A stretch of DNA of 64,000 nucleotides from Heptranchias perlo. Taxonomy: Eukaryota. The stretch spans positions 4,712,001-4,776,000 of the forward strand of contig NC_090364.1 in assembly GCF_035084215.1 (NCBI RefSeq), written 5' to 3'. The position numbers and the translations under genes were made by a program. Under the pieces are notes generated by a model that was not told the origin of the DNA, ran no database searches, and saw nothing but the letters and a program-made list of their open reading frames with translations. Below, one piece after another: positions 18,913-42,242 of the stretch (position 1 is its first letter; each line of letters begins with the position of its first letter).

Positions 18913-21900
18913 ATGGTTTCCCAAGTATGTCAGAACTATCACAAGGAGTGTGAGGCTGGTGTCAACAAGCAGATCAATATGGAGCTCTATTCCTCCTATG
19001 TTTACCTCTCCATGGTGAGTCTTGCACTGTCTCTTCATTCTGAGAACTTGGAATTTTTTTTTGTTCAGAATTGGCTTCAAATTACATTTCTCGAGTTCCT
19101 TTTCCTCCCTGGGTGGAATATCTTTGGGCAGTGAGTACTTTGTGTAATATGGGGTGAACTTGTTTAGTTAATGGACTGCTCCTTACAGCAGCTGCACTCT
19201 ATTGAGGGGCTTAATATGAACCTGGCTCAGCTGCTGCTTGAATTTGTAAGAGAAGAGCAGAAACCTGGTCAAGTGCTTGTCAACAATTGACTTAAAAGGT
19301 TCAGTTTCAATGGGGTGACTGTAGCCAGTGAAATGTTGACAGGTCCTCACTAGTTTTCTTGCATTTTTACTTGCAGGTGAAGTATTATGAGAGCCCTAGG
19401 CTTTTGTCACTGCCTTGATCCTTAACACAGATTGTGGAGTTCGAAACTTCTGGAATATAAGAATTTTCTTGTTCCTTGCCCAATTTTAGATTTTTGTGAA
19501 CAATTTTACAACACCAAGTTATAGTCCAATGATTTTATTTTTAATCCCACAAGCTTTCGGGGGCTTTCCCCTTCCTCAGGCGGTGTGGAAATGAAATGAC
19601 AATTTCGAATCCTTTGCATTTTAAGATCACATAACAAAGCCTGGTGATTACTGCCTGTTGCCAAGGCAATCAGTGAGCAGACAGAAAGGTGTCATCTAAA
19701 AGGCCACTGAATATACAACCCCCCCAAAAAAAGACAGAACGAAGACAGTCAATGACCCGTTGTATTAAAAACAGATAACATTTGTTCGCTGGTGGGGTTA
19801 CGTGTAGTGTGACATGAACCCAAGATCCCGGTTGAGGCCGTCCTCATGGGTGCGGAACTTGGCCATTAATTTCTGCTCGACGATTTTGCGTTGTCGTGTG
19901 TCTCGATGAATGGACACTGCGCAACAATCGCCAAACAGGAGGGTTCTCTCCCTGTCTGGGGGAACACTTCAGCAGTCATGGACATTCAGCTACCGACCTT
20001 CGGGTAAGCATACTCCAAGGCGGCCTTTGAGACACACGACAACGCAAAATCGTCAAGCAGAAATTAATAGCCAAGTTCCGCACCCATGAGGACGGCCTCA
20101 ACCGGGATCTTGGGTTCATGTCACACTACACGTAACCCCACCAGCGAACAAATGTTATCTGTTTTTAATATAACGGGTCATTGACTGTCTTCGTTCTGTC
20201 TTTTTTTTGGGGGGGTTGTATATTCAGTGGCCTTTTAGATGACACCTTTCTGTCTGCTCACTGATTGCCTTGGCAACAGGCAGTAATCACCAGGCTTTGT
20301 TATGTGATCTTAAAATGCGAAGGATTCGAAATTGTCATTTCATTTCCACACCGCCTGAGGAAGGGGAAAGCCCCTGAAAGCTTGTGGGATTAAAAATAAA
20401 ATCGTTGGACTATAACTTGGTGTTGTAAAATTGTTTACAATTGTGAACCCCAGTCCATCACTGGCATCTCCATCAATTTTAGATTAGAATAGCAAGTAGA
20501 AGGAGGGGCTACTTACTCTAAGTACAGTTTAGTTTGAGTTACTAGTTAACATAGTATTTTTTTTAAAGAAACTTTGAGCACTCATTAACTGGGGAGGGGA
20601 GAGAAAGATAATTGTATGTCGGTGAGATCTAGGTCTGACATGATTCTGTTTAAAATTCCAGTCTTATTACTTTGACCGGGATGATGTTGCCCTGCGTCAC
20701 TTTGCCAAGTTCTTCAAGGAGCAGTCACATGAGGAACGGGAGCACGCTGAGAAACTGCTGAAATTCCAGAATCAGCGTGGAGGCCGAATCATCTTTGAGG
20801 ATATCAAGGTTAGCTGTGAATTAGTGACTGGACCACAGTTGGAAACCAGAAATGGCAAGATGCTGAAAGGGTGTGAAGAAACAAACCAGGGGTGGAAATA
20901 TAATTCCTTGATTGAGTGCAGTTTGCTAAAATGAATAGTGATGTGGGATGAGTGCATATTTGAACCAAAGACTATGCTGCTTCAAGGGATGAGTCAATGA
21001 GGAGGAGGGTTTAGATTGATGTATCCAAGATCCAGAACACATGATGGGCTGAATGGCCTGCTTTGTGCTATAAATGTAACTAATATTGGCAGTGATTTGT
21101 CACATTAACTTGTTTTGGTTGTTAGTTCACAATTCTTTCTGCAGACTGACAATGGAGCATGAGGAATTGTTTCACAGCAGAAAATGTGTATTTGGCTGTA
21201 ATCTCTAACTGAGGCATGTTTTTATTTGCATAGTCACAGTACTTTGTTCAGTTATCTGGGTTATCAACTATGTGTCTCCAATTCTCACTTGAAGTTAGCC
21301 ACGCGAGCATCAGATGTTGATGGAATTTTACATGTTCTGCACTTTCAGAAGCCAGAGCAGGATGAGTGGGGCAATGGTCTGGAGGTGATGCAGAGAGCTC
21401 TGCAGATGGAGAAGGATGTGAACCAGAGTCTGCTGAATCTGCACAAACTGTCCACTGAGAGGACAGACCCTCATGTAAGTCCTTAGTGCCTTGTAGCATT
21501 TAATGCTTGTTGATTTAGGGTGAAAGGAATGTTAACTTCAAGTCATTGAAGTTGGTGCCATTCTTCAAATATCAGACCAGGTTCTGTCTGATTGCTTTTC
21601 ACTTCTAAGCCTGGTGTACTGGGGAGATTCTGGTCAAGGTTTTCACCCATGAAATTCTCTAGTCCATCTGTTTCTTCAGATTAATGGACAACTTAATTAG
21701 TACCAGTTTTGGTGAGCAGCAGATCTCTGAAAACAAAGCAGGAGAGTTCACTCTTGTGTAACAGCCACTTTTATTAGGACAGATCTCCTGAAGTAGGAAG
21801 AAGTGAATAGATCAAGGCTACCTGAAAAGCAATATGCTCAAATAGCTGCCTTAATGAAAATATCTCCCTTTCCCAGTTGTGTGACTTCCTGGAGACCCAC

Positions 21901-22023
21901 AACTTGGATGAACAAGTGAAGATGATCAAGAAGCTTGGAGATCACATCACCAACCTGAAGAGACTGGGAGCCCCTGAGAATGGCATGGGAGTGTACCTGT
22001 TTGACAAGCACAGCCTGCATTGA
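18913..22023 (+). CDS. Ferritin H/M-type subunit, gene 4 (173 aa)
   Basis: Exons 18913-19014, 20662-20808, 21349-21474, 21877-22023; MVSQVCQ...FDKHSLH*. TATA 18827, AATAAA 22094. Confidence 0.94.
19493..20473 (+). mobile_element. Penelope-like element with inverted pseudo-LTRs in gene 4 intron 1
   Basis: GIY-YIG C-terminus remnant ([21 protein letters not shown]...[24 protein letters not shown]); ~410-bp inverted repeats 19495-19906 and 20027-20439; 12-bp TSD CAATTTTAGATT at 19481 and 20474. Confidence 0.88.
20351..20387 (+). ncRNA. Minimal type I hammerhead ribozyme motif (Penelope pLTR)
   Basis: CCGC-CTGAGGA-AGGGGAAAGCCCCT-GAAA-GCTT-GTGG; an inverted copy is at 19547-19583 (-). Confidence 0.7.
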
Positions 22024-24216
22024 CTGGGGTTCTATACATGGTGAATGCTTTGGTTGTGGTTATTTCCCAGTTTTCTCATCTGTTATACATGGAAATAAAA
22101 GTTATTCATCAAACTGGTTTGTCTTTGTTGTATAATTAAGTAGCTGATTGATTATCCCGATCACCAAGATCCCCACTGCACCACACCCAGCTGAGTAACT
22201 TATGATCCAAGTAAGAACCTTTTCCAGGCCTAAACAATATAAAAGCCCTTCTTGGTATCGCTTCCTCACTTGACTCTGTGCCAATCCAGGATGGTTATGG
22301 TCAATCTCCCAATTGTTACTGGGCTGCCTGAAATACATAATTTCTGCAACTATAATCTCAGCAACAATTCCTGCAGAAAAAGGGTTTTCATAACCTTTGC
22401 AAACAAAGCAACATCAATATGTTGTGCTTTGCAACAAGAAAGGGGGAGGGATGCTGTATTCGTGATCGAAGAATGATGAGTATCTGTCAGAGTAAGGGAG
22501 CGGGTCCCTGTAATTCACGTGCCTTTGCAGTCATTTGATGCCACAAGTCACTCACTGGGTTGCTCGAGTTGTGGCCTGTATCGCGTATACTATTGACAGC
22601 CCTAGAGTCTTCCTTTGGGCAGACTGTCCTGTTTAACGGTTTTCCCCCCTTCATCTGGGGCAATATTTGCCCATTCTTTGTGATAAAGCAAACCAGCTGT
22701 TTGCAGAAAACATCAAACTGCAGTCTGTCCTCTGGTATTTGCTGTTGGGTAACGTGTGATGGTAGAAATGAAATTAAAGCAAATGATTCCTCAATCACCC
22801 AATAACTTAAACTGCCTTCCTTTTGATTATTGCATCATTGTTACAAGGAGCCACAAGTTAATTGTAATCCAATAGTTTCTGTACATTATCTTCCATACTT
22901 CATGTATTCTTTCAAACTACCACACCTTATCCAAAAAGACTGCCCTTAACCCACAAATTGTGATTTTTGTTTTCACCTGAAGCCACCAGAAATGAAACCA
23001 TAAAGTTTGTGAGCCCACTAAATAAATATTCTTTCAAGGACTGAGGAAGCAGACAAGGAGCTGTTATACATGGTTACACTAGCTACAAATTAAATATTGG
23101 CTTGACTGGCAGGGGATGGAGGATGTCTGTCTGAGCAAGATTGAATGCCATGGTAGGGCAACAGGGTAGGCCTATGGGATTAGGACTACTGCTGATGTGA
23201 AGGATAAACACCAACATGAACTGATTGGGCCAAACAGCCAGTTTCGGTGTAAGTTTTATGTAATTCACTCTTCTCTGTTAAGGCTTTGTGGTCCTTTTAT
23301 TCAATGCCTGGTAAATGGACCAGAGATACAACAGGATAGGAACAAAATCCAAAATACTGGAAAACTCAAACACAAACAGAAAATGCTGGAGATACTCACC
23401 AGATCAGGCAACATTGGTCTAGAAAACAGGAGACAGTTGACATATCAGATATAAAACCTTTCCTCATAACAGTCTCGAGATTTGCAGGAGATGAATAAAC
23501 AGTGCAAACTAAACACCGGACTTTACAGGTTCTAAATTTCATGGGGATAAAACTCCACATCGCACTTTACAGTGATGGAGCAACAGAATTCTGTTTGACG
23601 ATCCCAACTGATCCACTTTCCATTTCCCCAACTCGTTGTCGGTTGGTTTGCAGACTCACTGCGGACCGTCTGGTGAAGGTCAGTCTCCTTCAATCTATTG
23701 TTGTGATCAACATTGTGAATCTGGGTATAACGGACTCTTTCTGGACACACCAAGATGCCCATCAATTGTCCAAAAGACGGGATAACTTAGAACCGATTGT
23801 GCTCGACACCATCTACGGGATGGGATTTCCATTTGTAAACTCATAGATCTCTTTGAGATATGTTGTGAAGCTCTGATTCTGGGAACAGAGATGTTATCAG
23901 ATTATCAGATTCAGTTTGAGGAAAGTCAAAAAAACCAACAGCAATGACATCACACAATAATCATCCAATCCTGCCTGTATTCCAAAGCTCTGATTGACTC
24001 TGGGAATCAACTTGACCCCCTGTCCTTTGTTAATTGGTGCTTGGATTCATGGAAGATTCCTGAGTGGCTATCAGGGATTGTCAATCATCATTGGTGATGT
24101 CATACCCTGTTTAAATGCAGGCTGTCCCAGTAGTATAAATACAAGAGCTTGTGAGGGAAGAGGTTAGGTTGTTTTTGCAGTTTGAAGTGTGATTGTGGTT
24201 AATAGTAAAAGTTAAA

Positions 24217-26969
<2,753 letters not shown>

Positions 26970-29192
26970 CTGGGATTCTATAACCATTAGTTCTATACTT
27001 GGTGAATGCTTTGCTTGTGGTTATTTTCCAGTTTTCTCACCTGTTGTACATGGCAATAAAAGCTATTCATCAAACTGGTTTGTCTTTGTTGTATAATTAA
27101 GTATCTGATCTGATTACCCAGATCACAAAGCTACCCACTGCACCACACCCAGCTGAGTAACTTATGATCCAAGTTAGAACTTTCTCCAGGTGTAAAAATA
27201 TAAAAACCCCTCCTGGTCCAGCTTCCTGACTTGACTCTGTGCCAATCCAGGATGGTTATGATCACATCTCCAAATTGTTACTGGGATGCCTGAAATACAT
27301 AATTTCTACAACTACAATCTCAGTAAACAATTCCTGCAGAAAAGGGGTTTTCATAACATCTGCAAGCAAGACAACATCAATATGTCGTGCTTTAAAACAA
27401 CAAAAGGGGAGGTGTGGCTGGAGAAAGATGATTATGTCAGGACAAGGGAGGGGATCCCTGCAATTTTGCTGTAGTCTGATGCCGTAAGTCACTCACTAGG
27501 TTGCTCGAGTTGTGGCCTGTACAAAGTATACTGTTGACAACCCTAGAGTCTTCCTTTGGGCAGACTGTCCTGTTTAACGTTCCCTCATCCAGGGCAATAT
27601 TTGCCCATTCTTTGTGTTTGAGTAAACCAGCTGTTTGCAGAAAACACCAAACTGCAGTCTGTCCTGTGTGGTGTTTGTTGTTGGGTAACCTGTGCTGGTA
27701 GAGGAATCATTTGATTTCATTTCTATCACCCAACAACTTAAACTGCCTTCCTTTTGATCATTGCATTACTAACTGTTAAATGGAGCCACAAGTTAATTGT
27801 AATCCAATAGTTACTGTACATTATCTTCCATACTTCATGTATTCTTTCTAACTACCACAACTTGTACAAAAACACTGCCCTTAACCCACAAATAGTGTGA
27901 TTTTTTTTCCTGAAGGTATCAGAAATGAAACCATAAAGTTTGTGAGCCCACTACATAAATATTCTCTTGGACTGAGGTTGCAGACAAAGGGAGCTGTGAT
28001 ACATGGTTACACTACCTACAAATTAAACATTGGCTTGACTTGTAGGGGATGGAGGATGTCTGTATGAGCAAGACTGGATTACAGGGTAGGCCTATGGGAT
28101 TAGGATGACTGCTTGTGTGAAGGATAAACACCAACATGAACTGGTTGGGCCAAACAGCCTGTTTCGGTGTAAGTTTTATGCAATTCACTCTTCTCTGTTC
28201 TTGAGGCTTTGTGGTCCTTCTATTCAATGCCTGTTAGTTGGACCAGAGATACAACAGTATAGGAACAAAATACTGAAGATACTGGAAAACTCAAACACAA
28301 ACACAAACAGAAAATGCTGAACCGGATCAGGCAACATTGGTCTGGAAAACATGAGACAGTTGACATATCAGATATGAAACCTTTCCTCACAACAGACTCG
28401 AGATTTGCAGGAGATGAATAAACAGTGCAAACTAAACACCGGACTTTACAGGTTCTAAATTTCATGGGGATAAAACTCCACATCGCACTTTACAGTGATG
28501 GAGCAACAGAGTTCTGTTTGAAGCTCCCAACTGATCCAATTTCCATTTCCCCAACTCGTTGTCGGTTGGTTTGCGGACTCACTGCGGACCGTCTGTTACA
28601 GGTCAGTCTCCTTCAATCTATTGTGGTGATCAACATTGTGAATCTTCATATAGCATACTCTTTCAGGACACACCAACATACCATCAATTGTCCAAGGGAC
28701 GGGATAACTTAGAACCGAATGTGCTCGACACCATCTACGGGATGGGATTTCCATTTGTAAACTCATCGATCTCTTTGAGATATGTTGTGAAGCTCTGATT
28801 CTGGGAACAGAGATGTTATCAGATTCAGTTTGAGGACTCAATAACTGGGATGACATTGGAGGCCATTGTTGGATCCAAGGAGCCGATCAGTCCTTTGAGG
28901 AAAACAACAGCAATGACATCACAGAATAATCATCCAATCCTGCCTGTATTCCAAAGCTCTGATTGGTTCTGGGAATCACACCCCTCCCTCTGTCCTTTGT
29001 TAATTGGTGCCTGGATTCATGGACGATTCCTGAGTGGCTATCAGGGATTGTCAATCATCATTGGTGATGTCATACCCTGTGTAAATGCAGGCTGTCCCAG
29101 TAGTATAAATACAAGAGCTTGTGAGGAAAGAGGTTAGGTTGTTTCATGTAGTGGTGTTTGAAGTGAGGTTTCTGTTAACAGTAAAAGTTAAG

Positions 29193-31961
<2,769 letters not shown>

Positions 31962-34198
31962 CTGGGGTTCTATACATGGTGAATGCTTTGATTGTGGTTA
32001 ATTCCCACTTTTCTGATCTAACTCATTGTACATGGAAATAAAAGCTATTCATCATTGCACTGCTTTGTCCTTGTTGTATAATTAAGTAGCTGATCTGATT
32101 ACTCTGATCCTTACTGCACAACACCCAGCTGAGTAACATATGATCCAAGTTAGAACGTCTTACATGCCTGAAGATACAGAAATCCCTCCTGGACTTTTTT
32201 CCTAAACTTGACTCAGTGCCTGCCCAGGATGGCTGTGCTTACATCTCCAAATTGTAACGGAGCAGCTTATAGGGGATGCCTGAAATGCACAATTTCTGCA
32301 ACTGTAATTTCAGTAACAATTCCTGCTGAAAGGGGGTTTTCATAACATCTGTCAGTGAAATGTTGTGGTTTGAAATGGGGTCGGGGGCTGAAGTAGTGAC
32401 TTTAGTAATAACACACCTCAGGCTCCAGAATGAACAGCATCTGCTTCAAACTTTTCTGTGTTCGGACCAGGCACAGCGGAGGGGATATTAGCAATTGAGG
32501 TGCCTTGGCATTAGTCTGATACCACAAGTCATGCACTGGGTTGCTAAAGAGTTGTGGCCGAGATAGTATTAACTGCTCGAGAGTCTTCCTTTTGGCAGAC
32601 TGTTTTCTTTAAAGTTCCCTCCTCCACGGACAACATTTACCTTATTGATGAACGAGTTAAACCATCAAACTACAGCATATCCTGTTTCGTGGTGTTGGGT
32701 AATCAGAACTTGTATAATTGACACTAAAGCAAATGATACCTGTGTCTCCTAATGACTTCGTCATTCTCTTTTGGTTAGCGTGCCACTAATTGTTATAAGG
32801 ATCCACCAGTTAAATTGTAATCAAATAGTTGCTGTACAATATATTCTAAACTCCACTTGGTATTTTTCTAATTACCACAGTTTATGTGAAAAGATTACCC
32901 TTAACCCAGTGTGGTGATTGTTGAGATTCCCTGCAGACATCAGAAATGAAACACTTCTGATGTTCATAAACCCACTAAATAGACTCCAGGACCTAGGCAG
33001 CTGATAAACATGGTTACACAACCTACAAATAAATTATTGGCTTGACAGGCAGGGGGTGGAGGATGCCATGGTTTGGAGACAGGACAGGCCCATGGGATTA
33101 GGACGACTGCTTGTGTGGAGGAAAAACACCAACACAATGGGCTGGACCAACCAGCCTGTTTCAGTGTAAGTTTTATGTCATTCATTCTTCTCTGTTCTTG
33201 AGGCTTTGTGGTCCTTCTATTCAATGCCTGATAGTTAGACCAGAGATACAACAGGACAGGAACAAAATCTAAAATACTGAAGATACTGGAAAATTCAAAC
33301 AAAAACAGAAAATATTGGAGATACTCACCAGGTCAGACAACATTGGTCTAGAAAATACAAGACAGTTGACATTTCAGATGTAAAACCTCGCGTCACAACA
33401 GACTCGAGATTTGCAGGAAATGGATAAACAGTGCAAACTAACTATTGGACTTTACAGGTTCTAAATTTCATGGGGATAAAACTCCACATCGCACTTTACA
33501 GTGATGGAGCAACAGAGTTCTGTTTGAAGCTCCCAACTGATCCACTTTCCATTTCTCCAACTCGTTGTCGGTTGGATTGCGGACTCACTGCGGACTGTCT
33601 GGTGAAGGTCAGTCTCCTGCAATCTTGTGTGGTGATCAACATTGTGAATCTTCGTAAAACAGACTCTTTCTGGACACACCAAGATGCCCATCAATTGTCC
33701 AAGAGACGGATTAACTTCGAACCGATTGTGCTCGACACCATCTACAGGATGGAATTTCCATTTGTAAACTCATCGATCTCTTTGAGATATGTTGTGAATC
33801 TCTGATTCTGGGAACAGAGATGTTATCAGATTCAGTTTGAGGACTCAATAACTGGGATGACATTGGAGGCCATTGTTGGATCCAAGGAGCCGATCAGTCC
33901 TTTGAGGAAAACAACAGCAATGACATCACAGAATAATCATCCAATCCTGCCTGTATTCCAAAGCTCTGATTGGTTCTGGGAATCACACCCCTCCCTCTGT
34001 CCTTTGTTAATTGGTGCCTGGATTCATGGACGATTCCTGAGTGGCTATCAGGGATTGTCAATCATCATTGGTGATGTCATACCCTGTTTTAAGGGAGGCT
34101 GTCCCAGTAGTATAAATACAAGAGCTTGTGAGGGAAGAGGTTAGGTTGGGTTGTTTCTGTTGTTTGAAGTGTGATTGTGAGTAATCTTAATAGTTAAG

Positions 34199-36938
<2,740 letters not shown>

Positions 36939-39192
36939 CTGGGATTCTATAACCATTAGTTCGATAATTGGTAAAAATGAAGTGGGACTAAATTCTGGTG
37001 GTGAATGCTGTATTGATTGTGATTAATTCTCAGTTTTCTTAGCTGTCCATGGAAATAAAAGCTATTCCTTGAACTGGTTTGTCTTTGTTGTATAATTTAA
37101 ATGGCTGATCTAATTATGCTGATCATCAAGATCTCCACTGTGAGTAAGTTAAAATGTTTCACATGATTAAAAAAATAAAGTAGTCCTTCCTGGTCCAACT
37201 TCCTAAACTTGACTGTGCCTGCCCTAGATAGCTGTACACAATCTCCAAATTGTCACTGAGTGGCTTATAGGAGATGCCTGAAATATACAATTTCTGCAAC
37301 TGTAATCTGTGACAATTCCTGCTGAAAAAGGTTTTTTTTTATAACATCTGCCAGCAAAATGCGATGGAGCTTTGACATGAAGAAATGAAGGCCTGAATTT
37401 CTTCTCATTCTGCAGAATGAAGAGCATCTACTTGGCTTCCTGCTTCAGGCATGCTTGTCAAGACAATGCAAGTTATTGTACCTGCAATTCAGGTTCCTGT
37501 GCATAAGATCAATGCTTATGAGTTACTCAATGGATTGATTAAAGCCTTCTGGCCTGTCTACTGGCATAGTGGCCACCTTAAAGTTGCTTTTAGGTCTTTT
37601 GTTTAACATTTCCCTCTAGGGGCAATGCTCTGGGATTGAATAAACCTCCAATCTATGGGGGAAAAAACTTTACATCAAACTATAGTGTGTCCTGGTTGGG
37701 TAAGATGAACAGTACTGATACACAGGAATCATTTGCTTCAATATAATCTATATCAACCCAACAATGTCCTTTCTGTTACAGCCCCACTAACTGTTATAGG
37801 GATCTATCAGTTAATTGTAATCCAATAGTTGTACATTATTTTCCATACTTGGAATATTTAAAATTATCACAATTTGTTCAAAAAGACTGCACTGAACTCA
37901 GTGTTATTTTTCAACTAATAATTTCTTTAAAAACACCATGAATTGGATGCATTTATCAATGCTGTTCAAAAATAGTTCAACAAAAAGGCTATGAATTTAC
38001 TCCATTTGATAACACTGAGGCACATAAGCCCATTAAATATTCTTTTAAAGACCTCAGGACCTGAGAAGGTGAGCTGTTGCACATAGTTGGATGACCAACA
38101 AATTTAAATATCGGCTTGATGGGCAGGAAATGGAGGATGGCTGAATGAGTAAGATTAGATGCCATGGTGTGGCAACAGGGCAGGCGCATGGGATTAGGAC
38201 TACTGCTTGTGTGGAGTATAAACGTCAACACAACTAGCGAGGCCAACCAGCCTGTTTAAGTGTAAGCTTTATGTAATTCACTCTTCTCTGTTCTTGAGGC
38301 TTTGTGGTCCTTCTATTCAATGCCTGATAGTTGGACCAGAGATACAACAGGATAGGAACAAAATACTGAAAATACTGGAGATACTCACCTGGTCAGACAA
38401 CATTGGTCTAGAAAATATGAGACAGTTGACATTTCAGATATAAAACCTTTCGTCACAACAGACTTGAGATTTGCAGGCAATGAAAAAACAGTGCAAACTA
38501 AACACTGGATTTGACAGGTTCTAAATTTCATGGGGATAAAACTCCACATCGCACTTTACAGTGATGGAGCAACAGAGTTCTGTTTGACGATCCCAACTGA
38601 TCCACTTTCCATTTCCCCAACTCGTTGTCGGTTGGTTTGCGGACTCACTGCGGACTGTCTGTTGCAGGTCAGTCTCCTTCAATCTATTGTGGTGATCAAC
38701 ATTGTGAATCTTCATATAGCGGACTCTTTCAGGACACACCAACATACCATCAATTGTCCAAGGGACGGGATAACTCAGAACCGATTGTGCTCGACACCAT
38801 CTACGGGATGGGATTTCCATTTGTAAACTCATCGATCTCTTTGAGATATGTTGTGAAGCTCTGATTCTGGGAACAGAGATGTTATCAGATTCAGTTTGAG
38901 GAAAGTCAAAAAAAAAACAACGGCAATGACACCACAGAATAATCATCCAATCCTGCCTCTATTCCAAAGCTCTGATTGGTTCTGGGAATCACACCCCACC
39001 CCCTACCCTTTGTTAATTGGTGCCTGGATTCATGGAAGATTCCTGAGTGGCTATCAGGGATTGTCAATCGTCATTGGTGATGTCATACCCTGTTTAAATG
39101 CAGGCTGTCCCAGTAGTATAAATACAAGAGCTTGTGAGGGAAGAGGTTAGGTTGTTCCTGCAGTTTGAATTCTGTTAATAGTGAAAGTAAAG

Positions 39193-42242
<3,050 letters not shown>

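Noticed and set aside
22021-22030. TGA-CTG stop context suggesting readthrough or selenocysteine
   Set aside because: Gene 9 has TAA at this position, the downstream frame is not conserved, and no SECIS-like element was seen.
23502-23846. Recurrent ORF MQTKH...GIKLHIAL...GMGFPFVNS and its antisense ORFs in each unit
   Set aside because: Starts at GTG, has frameshifts or stops in most copies, and shows no recognisable domain or splice structure. Recurrence is explained by unit duplication, so it is kept only as an unexplained block.
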